A stretch of 64,000 bases of DNA from Heteronotia binoei (taxonomy: Eukaryota). The stretch lies in the NCBI RefSeq assembly GCF_032191835.1, contig NC_083234.1:37448001-37512000 (forward strand). The letters run 5' to 3'. The stretch's first letter is position 1; every line of letters begins with the position of its first letter. The notes beneath the pieces were generated by a model. It worked only from the letters and a program-made list of their open reading frames with translations, had not been told where the DNA came from and ran no database searches. Both the position numbers and the translations under genes were made by a program. Below are positions 37,345 to 47,865 of this stretch, piece after piece.

Positions 37345-37520
37345 AGGTATGGTCTGAACTCGTCAGATCTCTGAAGCTGAGTAAGGTCAGTAATACTTAA
37401 ATGGGAAACCACCAAGGAAGACTCTGTCAAAGAGGCAATGGCAAACCACCTCTGCTTCTCACTTGCCTTGAAATCCCCATACTGGGATAGCCATAAGTCA
37501 ATTGCAACGTAAAAGCACGT
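37345..37520 (+). mobile_element. 5S-rRNA-headed SINE
   Basis: gaactcgtcagatctctgaagctgagtaagg...tacttaaatgggaaaccacc resembles 5S rRNA; tail gcaatggcaaaccacctctgcttctcacttgccttgaaa. Confidence 0.78.
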
Positions 37521-37930
37521 ACATATATATAGTATATCTGGCAGGATCCTTGGGCTTTTACTTAGTTAGTTAGTGGCTGCATATCTAAAGGGGGCATACA
37601 GAATCAGAGTCACTAGGCTGTACCTAGCAACTGGCAGGAGGGTTGGGGGCAGGGACATGGGTTGTTTTTTGTTTTAAATCCATTCTTCCACCTAATGCCC
37701 CAGTGCAGATCCAAAACCATATAGTAGATCCTACCATGTTTAGGGTTCTGCAGAAAAAGATCTGCAGAAAAATCCAATTTGCTTTAAAAACAAAACCTTT
37801 GTGTGTGTAATGTCCCCTTTGGCTGTGGGTTCCCAAGTTAGAGTACTCACTCAGGCACCAGTTTTCAGGTCCACTCAGCAGAGACAAGTGGGTTCAAAAC
37901 ATCAGTCATTTATTTGCAAGAGACAACAAC

Positions 37931-38087
37931 CAGGCCTCAGATTCAGCAGGAGCCCACAGGAGTGCAGCTCCTGAACCTTTCCGAGAGTTCCACCTCCTCC
38001 TTCCCACTCGTCCACTGAATAGTAGGTACAGCTGCATAACAATCCTGGATGAGCTCCACCACCTATTTTTCTACAAAACGACCCCTG
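37931..38087. mobile_element. Internally deleted copy of the 11366 hAT element
   Basis: Same ends; TSD (a/c)caacaac. Confidence 0.78.
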
Positions 38088-38837
38088 CCAACAACCAACA
38101 ACTTCAACTAACATACAAAACTGGAAACTGAAACAAGAGCTCCACCCAATAGGACCAAACTAAATCACACAGATATTCAGGGAGGAGTGGACTGTTTTGA
38201 TACATACATACATATATACAATAAATATACCACAGTGTTCAAACATGGAGGGAGGCACAGGCTTTGGACAACATTTGGGTCACTCTGGCAAACCAAAATG
38301 ATAGCCAACATTGAAGACATGGTTCTGGCTCTGAGCATCATGAGGTGAAGATTGGTAGGGAAGAACATAGGCAGGAGGGGGGTGTGGATAAAGGTAGCAG
38401 AGGGAGGGAGGAAATGAAATTACTAGCCATGTGAAAGGGGAAAAGGAGGCAATCTCCACTGATCTTTAATGGCAGCAGGTGGCAGGGGATCAAACAGTCT
38501 AAGAATAAGAGTGAAACAAATAATGAAGGGTAAATTTTGTGATGTGTGTGTGGGGGGGGAAGAATCAGCATTGAAGCATGATGGCCACAAAGTGTTGTTC
38601 AGAAAGAGCAGTATCTGATTGGGTTTTAAGATCCTTCCCTATTTTCTGCTTTTTCTACCTTACAGGGCTGCTCTCTTTCAAAGACTCTTTCTTTGAAAAA
38701 GAAAGTTATCAGAGAAGCAAGCTGTCAAATCAGGGGTGCAGGTAGAGATGCCTCCCTCTGCAAGCTGTGCTTCCCCCTCAAAAGTGTCCCATAAATGTCT
38801 TAATTAGCTCCAGTAACAGAGTTCAGAAACACTTCCT

Positions 38838-39040
38838 ATGGAGTTGCAAGGTCCAGGTTCAGGAACTCCTGGAGATTTGGGGATTGAGCTGGGGGAGGAC
38901 AGGGACCTCAGTGGGGTACAATGCCAGATAGTCCACTCTCAAAAGCATCCATTTTCTCCAAGGGAACTGAACTCTGTTATCTGGGGATGAATTGAAATTC
39001 CAGGGGATCCCCAGGTCCCACTTGGAGGCTGGTATCCCTT
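38838..39040 (+). mobile_element. Short TAGGGTTGCCA-family hAT MITE
   Basis: Family core sequence. Confidence 0.72.
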
Positions 39041-40010
39041 CCTAATAATGAAAGTGGCTCAAGATTGGAACCCGTTATCTTGGCAGGGGAAACTTTCAGT
39101 TGTTGGAGGTCTTCAAGTAGAGGCTAGAAAGCCCTCCACTGGAAATATTATAGCTTTAGCTTAGAGGGGTGTATGTGCACTAGATGGCCCTCAGGTTCCC
39201 TTCTAACTCCAGGAGGTCAGTTCTCTGGACTTGATAGTCTTATAACATACAGCCTTCTCCTTGGTTCTTGTCTCATGCACACAATCTCTTGTGTAGTATG
39301 AAAAGGGGAAAGCAAAAACCTGTTTCATTTCTGAAATGCCATCAATATAACAGATAACAATAATGAACTTTCAGCTTGGGTGCTCGCCCAGTTTGGGGCA
39401 AGGAGGTAGTCAGAGGACTGACACCTGTCATGCTTGACTTGCATGCCCTTGCCGCATTAATGTAAACAATGAATAAAGTGGCCCTTGGTTGTTCCCAGCT
39501 CTTGTGTCTGCCTCTTTATTCTGACTGGGGGGGGGGGGTCAAAAACCTGTTTCATTTCTGAAATGCCATCGGTAGAACAGATAACAATGATGAACTTTCA
39601 GCTTGGGCTGGGACTCCCAGAACTCTCAGGCTCCACTAATGTGTTCCTTCTCTCCCCCCATCTCCAAATCTCTCTGCAAGAACAGGATTCCTGCCTACTC
39701 AGCATAGTTAAAGCTGATTATGGTCTTAGATTTCTGCAGCGAGGAAACTCAAATGGATGTTGAAACAGTCAGTGGCATATTATATAAAGAAGTACAAGTA
39801 TCACATGAAGCCATTATGCTTACTCATTTCTGTATATTTTAAATCACAGCTTTGCCAAGAGAACAATTGTAACTTACTGGTTTTTGAGCTTCTGTGGAGT
39901 TTACAGGAAATAGGACCTCTACAGATTACTTATAGAATTTTCTTGCCATCAAAGCTCTTTGGTAGACCTGTTTAATCTATTCTCTTTTCCTCCAAATCCA
40001 GTAGAAAGGC

Positions 40011-40412
40011 AGGTTTGCAAATCAATTGCCTGCCCATAATAATAATAATTAAAAAACTCTTCCTTTGATCTGCGGCTCTTGGCCGTATATAGTCAGCTGA
40101 TGTGTGTACATGGGCTCACAGAAAATTTGTTCTTGTTGATTTATAGACTGCAAACAAGATGATTCTTTTTTTATAGATAGCATCACAGCAAACCAGTACA
40201 ATATACCCAGCACACATCAAAAGCAGCAGAAACCTTGGAACACCAAATAAACCCAGGTGTGTGATACAGCGTACCAGTGTGTTGACAGAAAGATTGGCAG
40301 TGCTTTCTGATTTTAATCTTTGCCAAACAGGAGTAAATAGTGCTGTTTAAAATAGTTATCAAGGCTTTATGCAATGAACATCCTGATCTGAAACATGAGT
40401 GCTTGGAGTTAA
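40011..40412 (+). repeat. Source copy of a 402-bp inverted duplication
   Basis: Reverse complement matches 42061-42462 with no difference I could find; both encode the same peptide in the ORF track (40183..40419 - and 42099..42290 +). Confidence 0.95.
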
Positions 40413-40950
40413 GCCCCACATCATTCAGTGGGTCTTAATTCTTGCCATCTCCCTTTTGGATTCTACCCCAGGGGAAAACTACACAATACACACAAATGAA
40501 AAACAATATTGAACAGCTACAAATTTTAATCCAGCATTGAGTTAGCCATTTCTCTGCTGCCTATTTTCCCACTCAGTGACCCCTAAGCTGCTTCTCTTGT
40601 CAGTGATTCCAGATATGGGGCTGGATCTGATACAAAATTCCACTTGCACAAGAGCTCTTGCGCAAGTGGAAACACAAATTCCTTCAGTTCTTCTCTGTTG
40701 CCATAAAGATCTGGTTTTCACCCTGCTTATCCTTTGACAACAAAAGAAAATTTAGGAGGCAGTTCCCACCCCCAGAAGCTGTTCATTAGGGCTAGTTGTA
40801 GAGCTTGCAGTCTCACAAACGGTTTGATTCCAAGCGTGCCTTTGGAATAGAAGTGGATCATGACTGTCAATGATTGATTTCAGACACAGAGTACAAGCAA
40901 CTCATTTAGAAAGCTGTTGTATAGCCAATGATTGTTCGCTTTATTTGCAG

Positions 40951-41004
40951 AGATCATTGGTTTAGCTCCTTGGCATTTGGCCATGATAAAGCATACTGTC
41001 TTTG
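40951..41004 (+). other. Candidate 54-nt frame-preserving exon
   Basis: Acceptor ttcgctttatttgcag, donor TTG|gtaaaa; open in phases 1 and 2; unverified. Confidence 0.25.
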
Positions 41005-41767
41005 GTAAAAGAATAACATGTTTTGAGAGTTTATACATCTCAATAGTATATGGTTATTTCTGTTGAATTTAAACCCACCTTCTCCTTAGCATAGCCAAGG
41101 ATGTATCACATCCATCTGCCCAGCTAATCAAACTTGTACAAACCAAGATGATCTTTGACACTTTGTACACATATAGATATATTTCTTGTTTCCATTTTGC
41201 AGACTTTTAGAAAAAAAATCTAGAAATGAACAAAAAAAATATCCTCTTTACTCTCTCTTGGTCTTCTGCCTTGAACTTCAGAGTCTGTTCATCTTCCTAT
41301 TCATCCAGTAACTACAAGTGGTATGGCGAGTGACAGGATACTATTCATTTGCAGTTCTATTAGTGGAAGCTACAGTTACCAATTCAAATCAGTGGAAGAA
41401 AGATAATTACAAGAGCTGATTGCCAGGCATCCTCCCATATTGACTCATAGGGCAAAGAGGGAACGAGAAAGAGAAGCTAAAATTATAGCACAACTCTTGG
41501 CGGAATATTAATGTAATAGTTTTAACATGATCCTACTCTCTTTTTATCAAGTAAAGTTAATAAAAAGGTACGGCTCTGGTAATTTTTTGCAATATTACAT
41601 TTTTCTTTGCAATAATTACAACTCTGTGTTCACTTGGTGGACTAATGAAACTTTTACACCTTTTATATATGTATATATGTATGTATCGGAATGATCTTCC
41701 TTTGGGCTGTGAAAGCCCGCAGCAGAAGTTAATTTTTTTTTTTTAACTTTCATGTGCAATATTCTAG

Positions 41768-41779
41768 GGTATGTCTTTG
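41768..41779 (+). other. Candidate 12-nt microexon GGTATGTCTTTG
   Basis: T-rich tract, TGC at 41755-41757, ctag acceptor, gtaaaa donor; unverified. Confidence 0.2.
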
Positions 41780-42060
41780 GTAAAAGAATACCATGTTTTG
41801 AAAGTTTATACATCTCAAAGGTGTATGATTATTTTTGTTGCTTTTAAACCTACCTTCTCTTTAGTATCTGTCCAACAACCATTCAAGGTTTGAAGTATTC
41901 ACTTCATTCTTGGCCAAGAGACAAATTACAAGATAGCTGACCCAAAGCTATCCTGATCTGAGATTGTAATAAGCCTCCAAGCTTAAAGTCCAACATGTGT
42001 ATCATAGTGAAGGCCAATACACAGAACTCTTTTGGCAGATTAGGAAATAGACTGAGGGTC

Positions 42061-42462
42061 TTAACTCCAAGCACTCATGTTTCAGATCAGGATGTTCATT
42101 GCATAAAGCCTTGATAACTATTTTAAACAGCACTATTTACTCCTGTTTGGCAAAGATTAAAATCAGAAAGCACTGCCAATCTTTCTGTCAACACACTGGT
42201 ACGCTGTATCACACACCTGGGTTTATTTGGTGTTCCAAGGTTTCTGCTGCTTTTGATGTGTGCTGGGTATATTGTACTGGTTTGCTGTGATGCTATCTAT
42301 AAAAAAAGAATCATCTTGTTTGCAGTCTATAAATCAACAAGAACAAATTTTCTGTGAGCCCATGTACACACATCAGCTGACTATATACGGCCAAGAGCCG
42401 CAGATCAAAGGAAGAGTTTTTTAATTATTATTATTATGGGCAGGCAATTGATTTGCAAACCT
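42061..42462 (-). repeat. Inserted inverted copy of 40011-40412 flanked by an 11-bp TSD
   Basis: GACTGAGGGTC at 42050-42060 and 42463-42473. Confidence 0.92.
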
Positions 42463-42956
42463 GACTGAGGGTCAAAATTAGACTGTCATTGGAGTTTCAC
42501 AGGTATTTTTAAAATGGATTTGGGATGCACAGCTGTATGGGAAGTGAGGTTTTAACCCTCTTAATACAGAGTTTCTTGACTGAAACCATCCTTCACTGGA
42601 ACATCTTTTGCCTTTTTTTTTCTCTGTGAAGTGTTGCAATCAGGGCTGGCCCACTAGGTATTCCTAGGCAATTACCCAGGTGTCAGGAAGGGCACCAAAC
42701 AGACCAGGTTTCTACCTAGCCAAGACATTGGAGAAGTGCTCATGGACCTAGTAGACAGCTGGCTGATGGACTTTGCTTCCTCTCTCCCTTTGTCCATCAA
42801 GAATGGGCTCTGCTACCTGCCCACACTGTGAGGGATGAAGACTAACTGAATGTACCAACTGCCAGGGAAGAGGAAGATGGGTGGCATCTTCCTGCTTCCT
42901 CATGGGATTAGAGGAAGCAAAGAGGACTTATCCCTCTGCTTTCCTTTCATCACAAG

Positions 42957-43243
42957 GGTCGTTTTCGCACTCACCTCCAGCCGGCGCGACCCCCCTCTTC
43001 ACCGCGCAGGATCTGCGTGGATTTCGCACTAAATGCCGCGGAGCAGCCCTTTGCGCCGGAAACTCCCGTCGCAAAAGCCGTGCAAACGCCAAACTGCTTT
43101 TTGGCGATTTATGTTTGAGCGGCTTTTGCGCCGGGAGTTTCCGGCGCAAAAGGCTGCTCCGCAGCATTTAGTGCGAAATCCACGCAGATCCTGCGCGGTG
43201 AAGAGGGGGGTCGCGCCGGCTGGAGGTGAGTGCGAAAACGACC
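42957..43243. mobile_element. Young CpG-rich palindromic MITE (PIF/Harbinger-like)
   Basis: About 125-bp near-perfect TIRs starting GGTCGTTTTCGCACTCACC; 3-bp TSD AAG; about 30 intact CpGs. Confidence 0.88.
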
Positions 43244-43316
43244 AAGGAGCCAGTCAATCTGCTCCCTGTGCTTGGTTGTTAGATCATCCCGACCCCATGT
43301 CCAATCACATTCCATC

Positions 43317-43803
43317 TAGAGTTGCCAGTTCTGAGTTGGTAAATTCTTGGAGATTTTGGGAGTGGAGCCTTGGCAGGATGGGGTTTGAGGAGGGAAGAGA
43401 CCTCAATGGAGTATAATACCATAGAATCTACCTTCCAAAGCAGCCATTTTCTCCAGGGAAACTGATTTCTGTAGACTGGGGATTAGTTGTAATTCTAGGA
43501 TACCTAGACACTAGTAACCCTACTTACATCCCACATCAGTGAGCTTATTGGTTTATCCCTCAACATTTAAAAAATACATCTAACATTCTCTCATATTAGG
43601 GTTGCCAGTTCTGGGTTGGGGAATGCCTGGAAATTTTGGTGGTGGAGCCTGGAGAGGGGAGGGTATGGAGAGGTGAGGGACTTCAGCCATAGAACCTACC
43701 CTCCAAAGCAGCCATTTGCTCCAGGGGAACTGATATTGGTCATCTGGAGATCACCTGTATTAGTGAGAGATCTCCAGCTGCCACCTAGAGGCTGGTAACC
43801 CTA
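43317..43803 (+). mobile_element. Two adjacent short TAGGGTTGCCA-family MITEs (43317-43522 and 43597-43803)
   Basis: Both begin tag(a/g)gttgccagttctg and end taacccta. Confidence 0.78.
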
Positions 43804-45071
43804 CCTCAGACTGGCTGTCTCCAAATACTATCTTCATAAACTCTCCCTCTGTCCTAGATGAACCATCTGGACATTTAGTGAAGTGAGCCACATGCTGTCA
43901 TTTACAACAGAGGGAAGCCTTAGCGTACTTCTTGGATTATTTTAAGATATGCAGATCCCACTTCTTAACAAAGTTTTGATCAACAGTAATATACCAGCTA
44001 CCAGGGGAATAAATACAGTGAGGGAATTTGACACATGAAGTGCCATAAGAGAAAAGTCCCTGTCTGTGGTAGCCCCTCCACTGACAAAGAAGTGTGAGAG
44101 GCATGCAGAGCTGGGCCATTAATTAAAAAATAAAACCAGTGGACTATCTGTCATACAGTTCAGTCCTAAACAGAGTTATGCACTGTGACTCCAATTAGGA
44201 TTGCACTGTTATAGTCATAAACAGAGATTATGTAGGCAACCTGAGTTCAAATCCTCAAACCCTGCCTCCAAAGCCCAATAGCTCACGTAGCCCTTGGAGC
44301 ACACTGGCTCGGCAAGAATCCCTTTACTGGTAGGACCATGTTCAACTAAATATTTTGACTCCTTTAGCTGCTTTCTTTGTTGGACCCTTCTAGGTACATC
44401 TCTAAACTTGGTTTCTTATTGAATGCCATTTCCCAGGGCTCCCCCCACACCCAGTACCTCACCAATGCATTATGCACATAGTAGAATTTAATCATTCCTA
44501 TTAGGATTTTCTTCCTCTCAACCCCTCCCCCATCTCTCTACCAGGATGCTTAATGAGCCCAGTCAAGGATATAAAATATTAGTACTCTCTCTATGCCTCT
44601 ATATAGAAAACTAAAGCAATGTATTCAGGGTAAGCTTATGTATTCTGACAAAAGAAAGTACCTCCTGGGTGTTCATTCCAGCAAATGAGATATAAAATAG
44701 TTTCATATTTCCCTGAGGTATTCATAGCATCCATTCTATAAGACTGCAGTGGACTGGGATCCATTAAAATGTTTAAAACTAATCATCTGCTTGGCTAGAA
44801 TATCCTTTAGCCTGCATGGCAAGGTATTGTCAGGATTCTATCACTCTGTCAACATTGCTAATTTGAAATGGTTTAAGGTATTGCAGTTTTTGAGCTAATA
44901 GCAATCTAATTCCACCAGATTCACTTCCTTCCTGTTACCTGCCAGCATGTGTTAGATCAGGATTGGCAGCACATGCATTTCCTAGAAGAAGGGAAAAGAT
45001 ACATATAATATTATCAGCTAAGCAAACATACCTTGTTTTAAAAGATGGCATGGGAAAGCTTCTTCTTCTTT

Positions 45072-45340
45072 AAAGTAAAGGGTAGTCCCCTGTGCAAGCA
45101 CCAGCTGTTTCCGACTCTGGGGTGACGTCGCATCACAGTGTTTTCACGGCAGACTTTTTACAGGGTGGTTTGCCATTGCCTTCCCCAGTCATCTACACTT
45201 TACCCACAGCAAGCTGGGTACTCATTTTACCGACTTAGGAAGGAAGGAAGTCAACCTCAAGCTTCCACTGGAATTGAACTCAGGTCGTGAGCAGAGCTAA
45301 GATTGCAATACTGAAGCTTTACCACTCTGTATCACAGGGC
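45072..45340 (+). mobile_element. Sauria SINE
   Basis: Consensus head; TSD TCTTCTTCTTT(AA) at 45061 and 45341. Confidence 0.9.
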
Positions 45341-46401
45341 TCTTCTTCTTTAATTACATTCACATTGGACCACTCCATTTTTTTGAGCTTCTTTTTACTC
45401 TGCACTACAGCAGATGCATGGTTTATTGATACATGATCCCAACTGCTTTAGGTTCCCTTTGTAACATTTTTTTTTTAATTGCAGGTCTGACAAAATGTTT
45501 CTCTTGCAGACCCTACAAAAAAAAAAAGAAGAAGAAGAACATTATTGGGTTGCTTATTAGAAATCCCACAGATTTGATCTGATGAGTAAGTGAAGTGTGT
45601 GTGGAGCTGATTCAATCATAAAATCCAATCTAACAATATATCCCTATCGTCCCTACTGTAAAAGTCAGAAATAGCATTAAATTGTTCCTCTAAGCAAACT
45701 GGGAGCCAGGGTAATGCAGAAGTAATCTATGTTAGAAATAGAAGAGTTGGTTTTTATACTCAACTTTTCTCTACCTTGAGTCTCAAAACAGCTTACAAGC
45801 CATCCCTTCCCCTCCCCACAATAGTCACCTTGTGCGGTAGGTGTAGGGTTGCCAAGTTCTCCAGATCAGAGAGAACTGCTGTTCACTTACCATACCATAA
45901 GAACTGCTGTTCTTAATCACTTACCATACCATGCTGGTATATTCCTTGCTGAAGCATGTTGGAAAAGTTACAGAGGCAGCCCCACATAGGACATAAGTAG
46001 TCAAGGCTTAATTTGTTACTGAGAACATGATTCAACTGCAGTAGACCCAATGCACTAGTTAGAAGTAAGCCATTTGGATCCCCTTAGGTAAAAAAGCCTT
46101 GACTGCCAAAACACACACACCTTTGTGTATCATTAACATATATGAAGGGATTCATACCTTCTGAAAGCTCCCCTCCCAAAAAAGAAAGAAAGAAACCTTC
46201 TTAAGGCCAGGGAACCATAATTTCTATTTGACTCAACTTGACCAATGCATTATGCACATAGTAGAATTTAATAATTCCTATTAGGGTTTTCTTCCTTTCA
46301 ATCCCCTATCCCATCTCTCTACCAAGATTCTTAATAAGCCCAGTCCAGGATATGAAATATTAGTACTCACTCTATGCCTCTATGCCTTGTTCACACAAAA
46401 A

Positions 46402-46406
<5 letters not shown>

Positions 46407-46445
<39 letters not shown>
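46407..46445. repeat. (TC)n microsatellite
   Basis: Seen directly. Confidence 0.95.
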
Positions 46446-46450
<5 letters not shown>

Positions 46451-47252
46451 ATATTATATATATAATGCATTGCTCATGCTGCTGTCTGCACATCAGCAAC
46501 CAAAGTGATTGTGCTGTGATTCTGATGAGAATAGCACAACATTTTTAGAAGATGAGCAGAGCTATTTTAAGATCTGATATTTATAATCCCTAGGGAAATG
46601 ATTAAGGGTGTTTTCTTCCCCCATCCCAGTATTAGGGGTTGAGAAGAAAGGCCTGTAAAGAGCATTTCCTTGAATGTTCTTTGTAATGCCATAACTTCAC
46701 ATGCAAAGTTTCCAGGTGATCAGAATGTTCTTAGAATATAATACATTTGCTAATGGGACAGAAAGGGTTGCCAGTGGGGGACTTCTCCGTGGGGGACTTT
46801 GGGAGGCATTCCTGGAAGTGACATCATCACTTTGGGAATGCGCCTGAAACCCAAGCAGCAAATTCACCATTTGGAATTCACCCCCCCCCCAAAAAAAAGG
46901 AAAAAAAAGATTTTCAAGAGCAGTGGCTGCACATGCTTGAATCGTCACTTGCAGTTTAGGTACCCATGGCTCTGACTCCAGAAGCATTTAAAAGGACTCT
47001 TTAAATACTTTTTGAGGAGCTGGGGCTTGCATGCCTGAATCCCAAGTGGTGAATTTCCTGCCTAGAGTTCAGGTGTATAGCCTGAGGCTTCCCCTCTCCC
47101 GCCATATTTAAAGGACCCTGAAATTTGGCAGGAAGGGAGAAAGATGAGTGGCCACATGTGGTCACTGTTGGGGGTGGGGCTTTTCCCTCCAGCCAGCTGG
47201 AGCCCCCCAAAATTGGGGGATCCCCCACCCCCACCTGGGGACTGCATCCTTA

Positions 47253-47553
47253 AAGGTAGTCCCCTGTGCAAGCACCAGTCATTTCTGACTCTAGGGTGAT
47301 GTTGTATCACGGCATTTTCACTGCAGACTTTTTTACGGGGTGGTTTGCCTTTGCCTTTGCCTTACCCAGTCATCTACACTTTCCCCCCAGCAAGCTGAGT
47401 ACTCATTTTACCAACCTCAGAAGGATAGAAGGCTGAATCAACCTTGAGCCAGCTGCCTGAACCCAGCTTCCACCAGGATCGAACTCAGGTCATGAGCAGA
47501 GAGCTTGGACTGCAGTACCGCAGCTTTATCATTCTGTGCCATGGGGCTCCTCA
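47253..47553 (+). mobile_element. Sauria SINE at the end of a hAT-type element (about 46764-47252)
   Basis: Consensus head; TSD tgcat(c/t)ctta. Confidence 0.87.
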
Positions 47554-47645
47554 TGCATTCTTAGATATTCATAAATTCTGAACATGGTGACAGATTTCCT
47601 TCCTATGAAATGTTATTTCCAATAACAATGACATAGGGAGAAAAG

Positions 47646-47865
47646 CTAGGGTTGCCAGCTCCAGGTTGAGAAATACTTGGAGATTTTGGAGGTGGAGCCT
47701 GAGGAGAGCAGGGTTTGGGGAGGGGAGAGATTTCAATGGAGTACAAGGCCATAGAGTCCACTTTCCAAAGTGGCCATTTTATCAAGGTGAACTGATCCCT
47801 GTCACCTGGAGAGCAGTTATAATCTCAGGAGATCTCCAGCCATCACCTGGAGGTTGGTAGCACTA
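47646..47865 (+). mobile_element. Short TAGGGTTGCCA-family hAT MITE
   Basis: TAGGGTTGCCAGCTCC start and family core. Confidence 0.8.

Noticed and set aside
40010-42463. Long-TIR (MULE/Foldback-like) transposon spanning both inverted arms
   Set aside because: No TSD outside the outer ends; the TSD flanks only the right copy; no transposase inside.
42850-43416. Cluster of overlapping Arg-rich ORFs
   Set aside because: Artefact of the GC-rich palindromic MITE.
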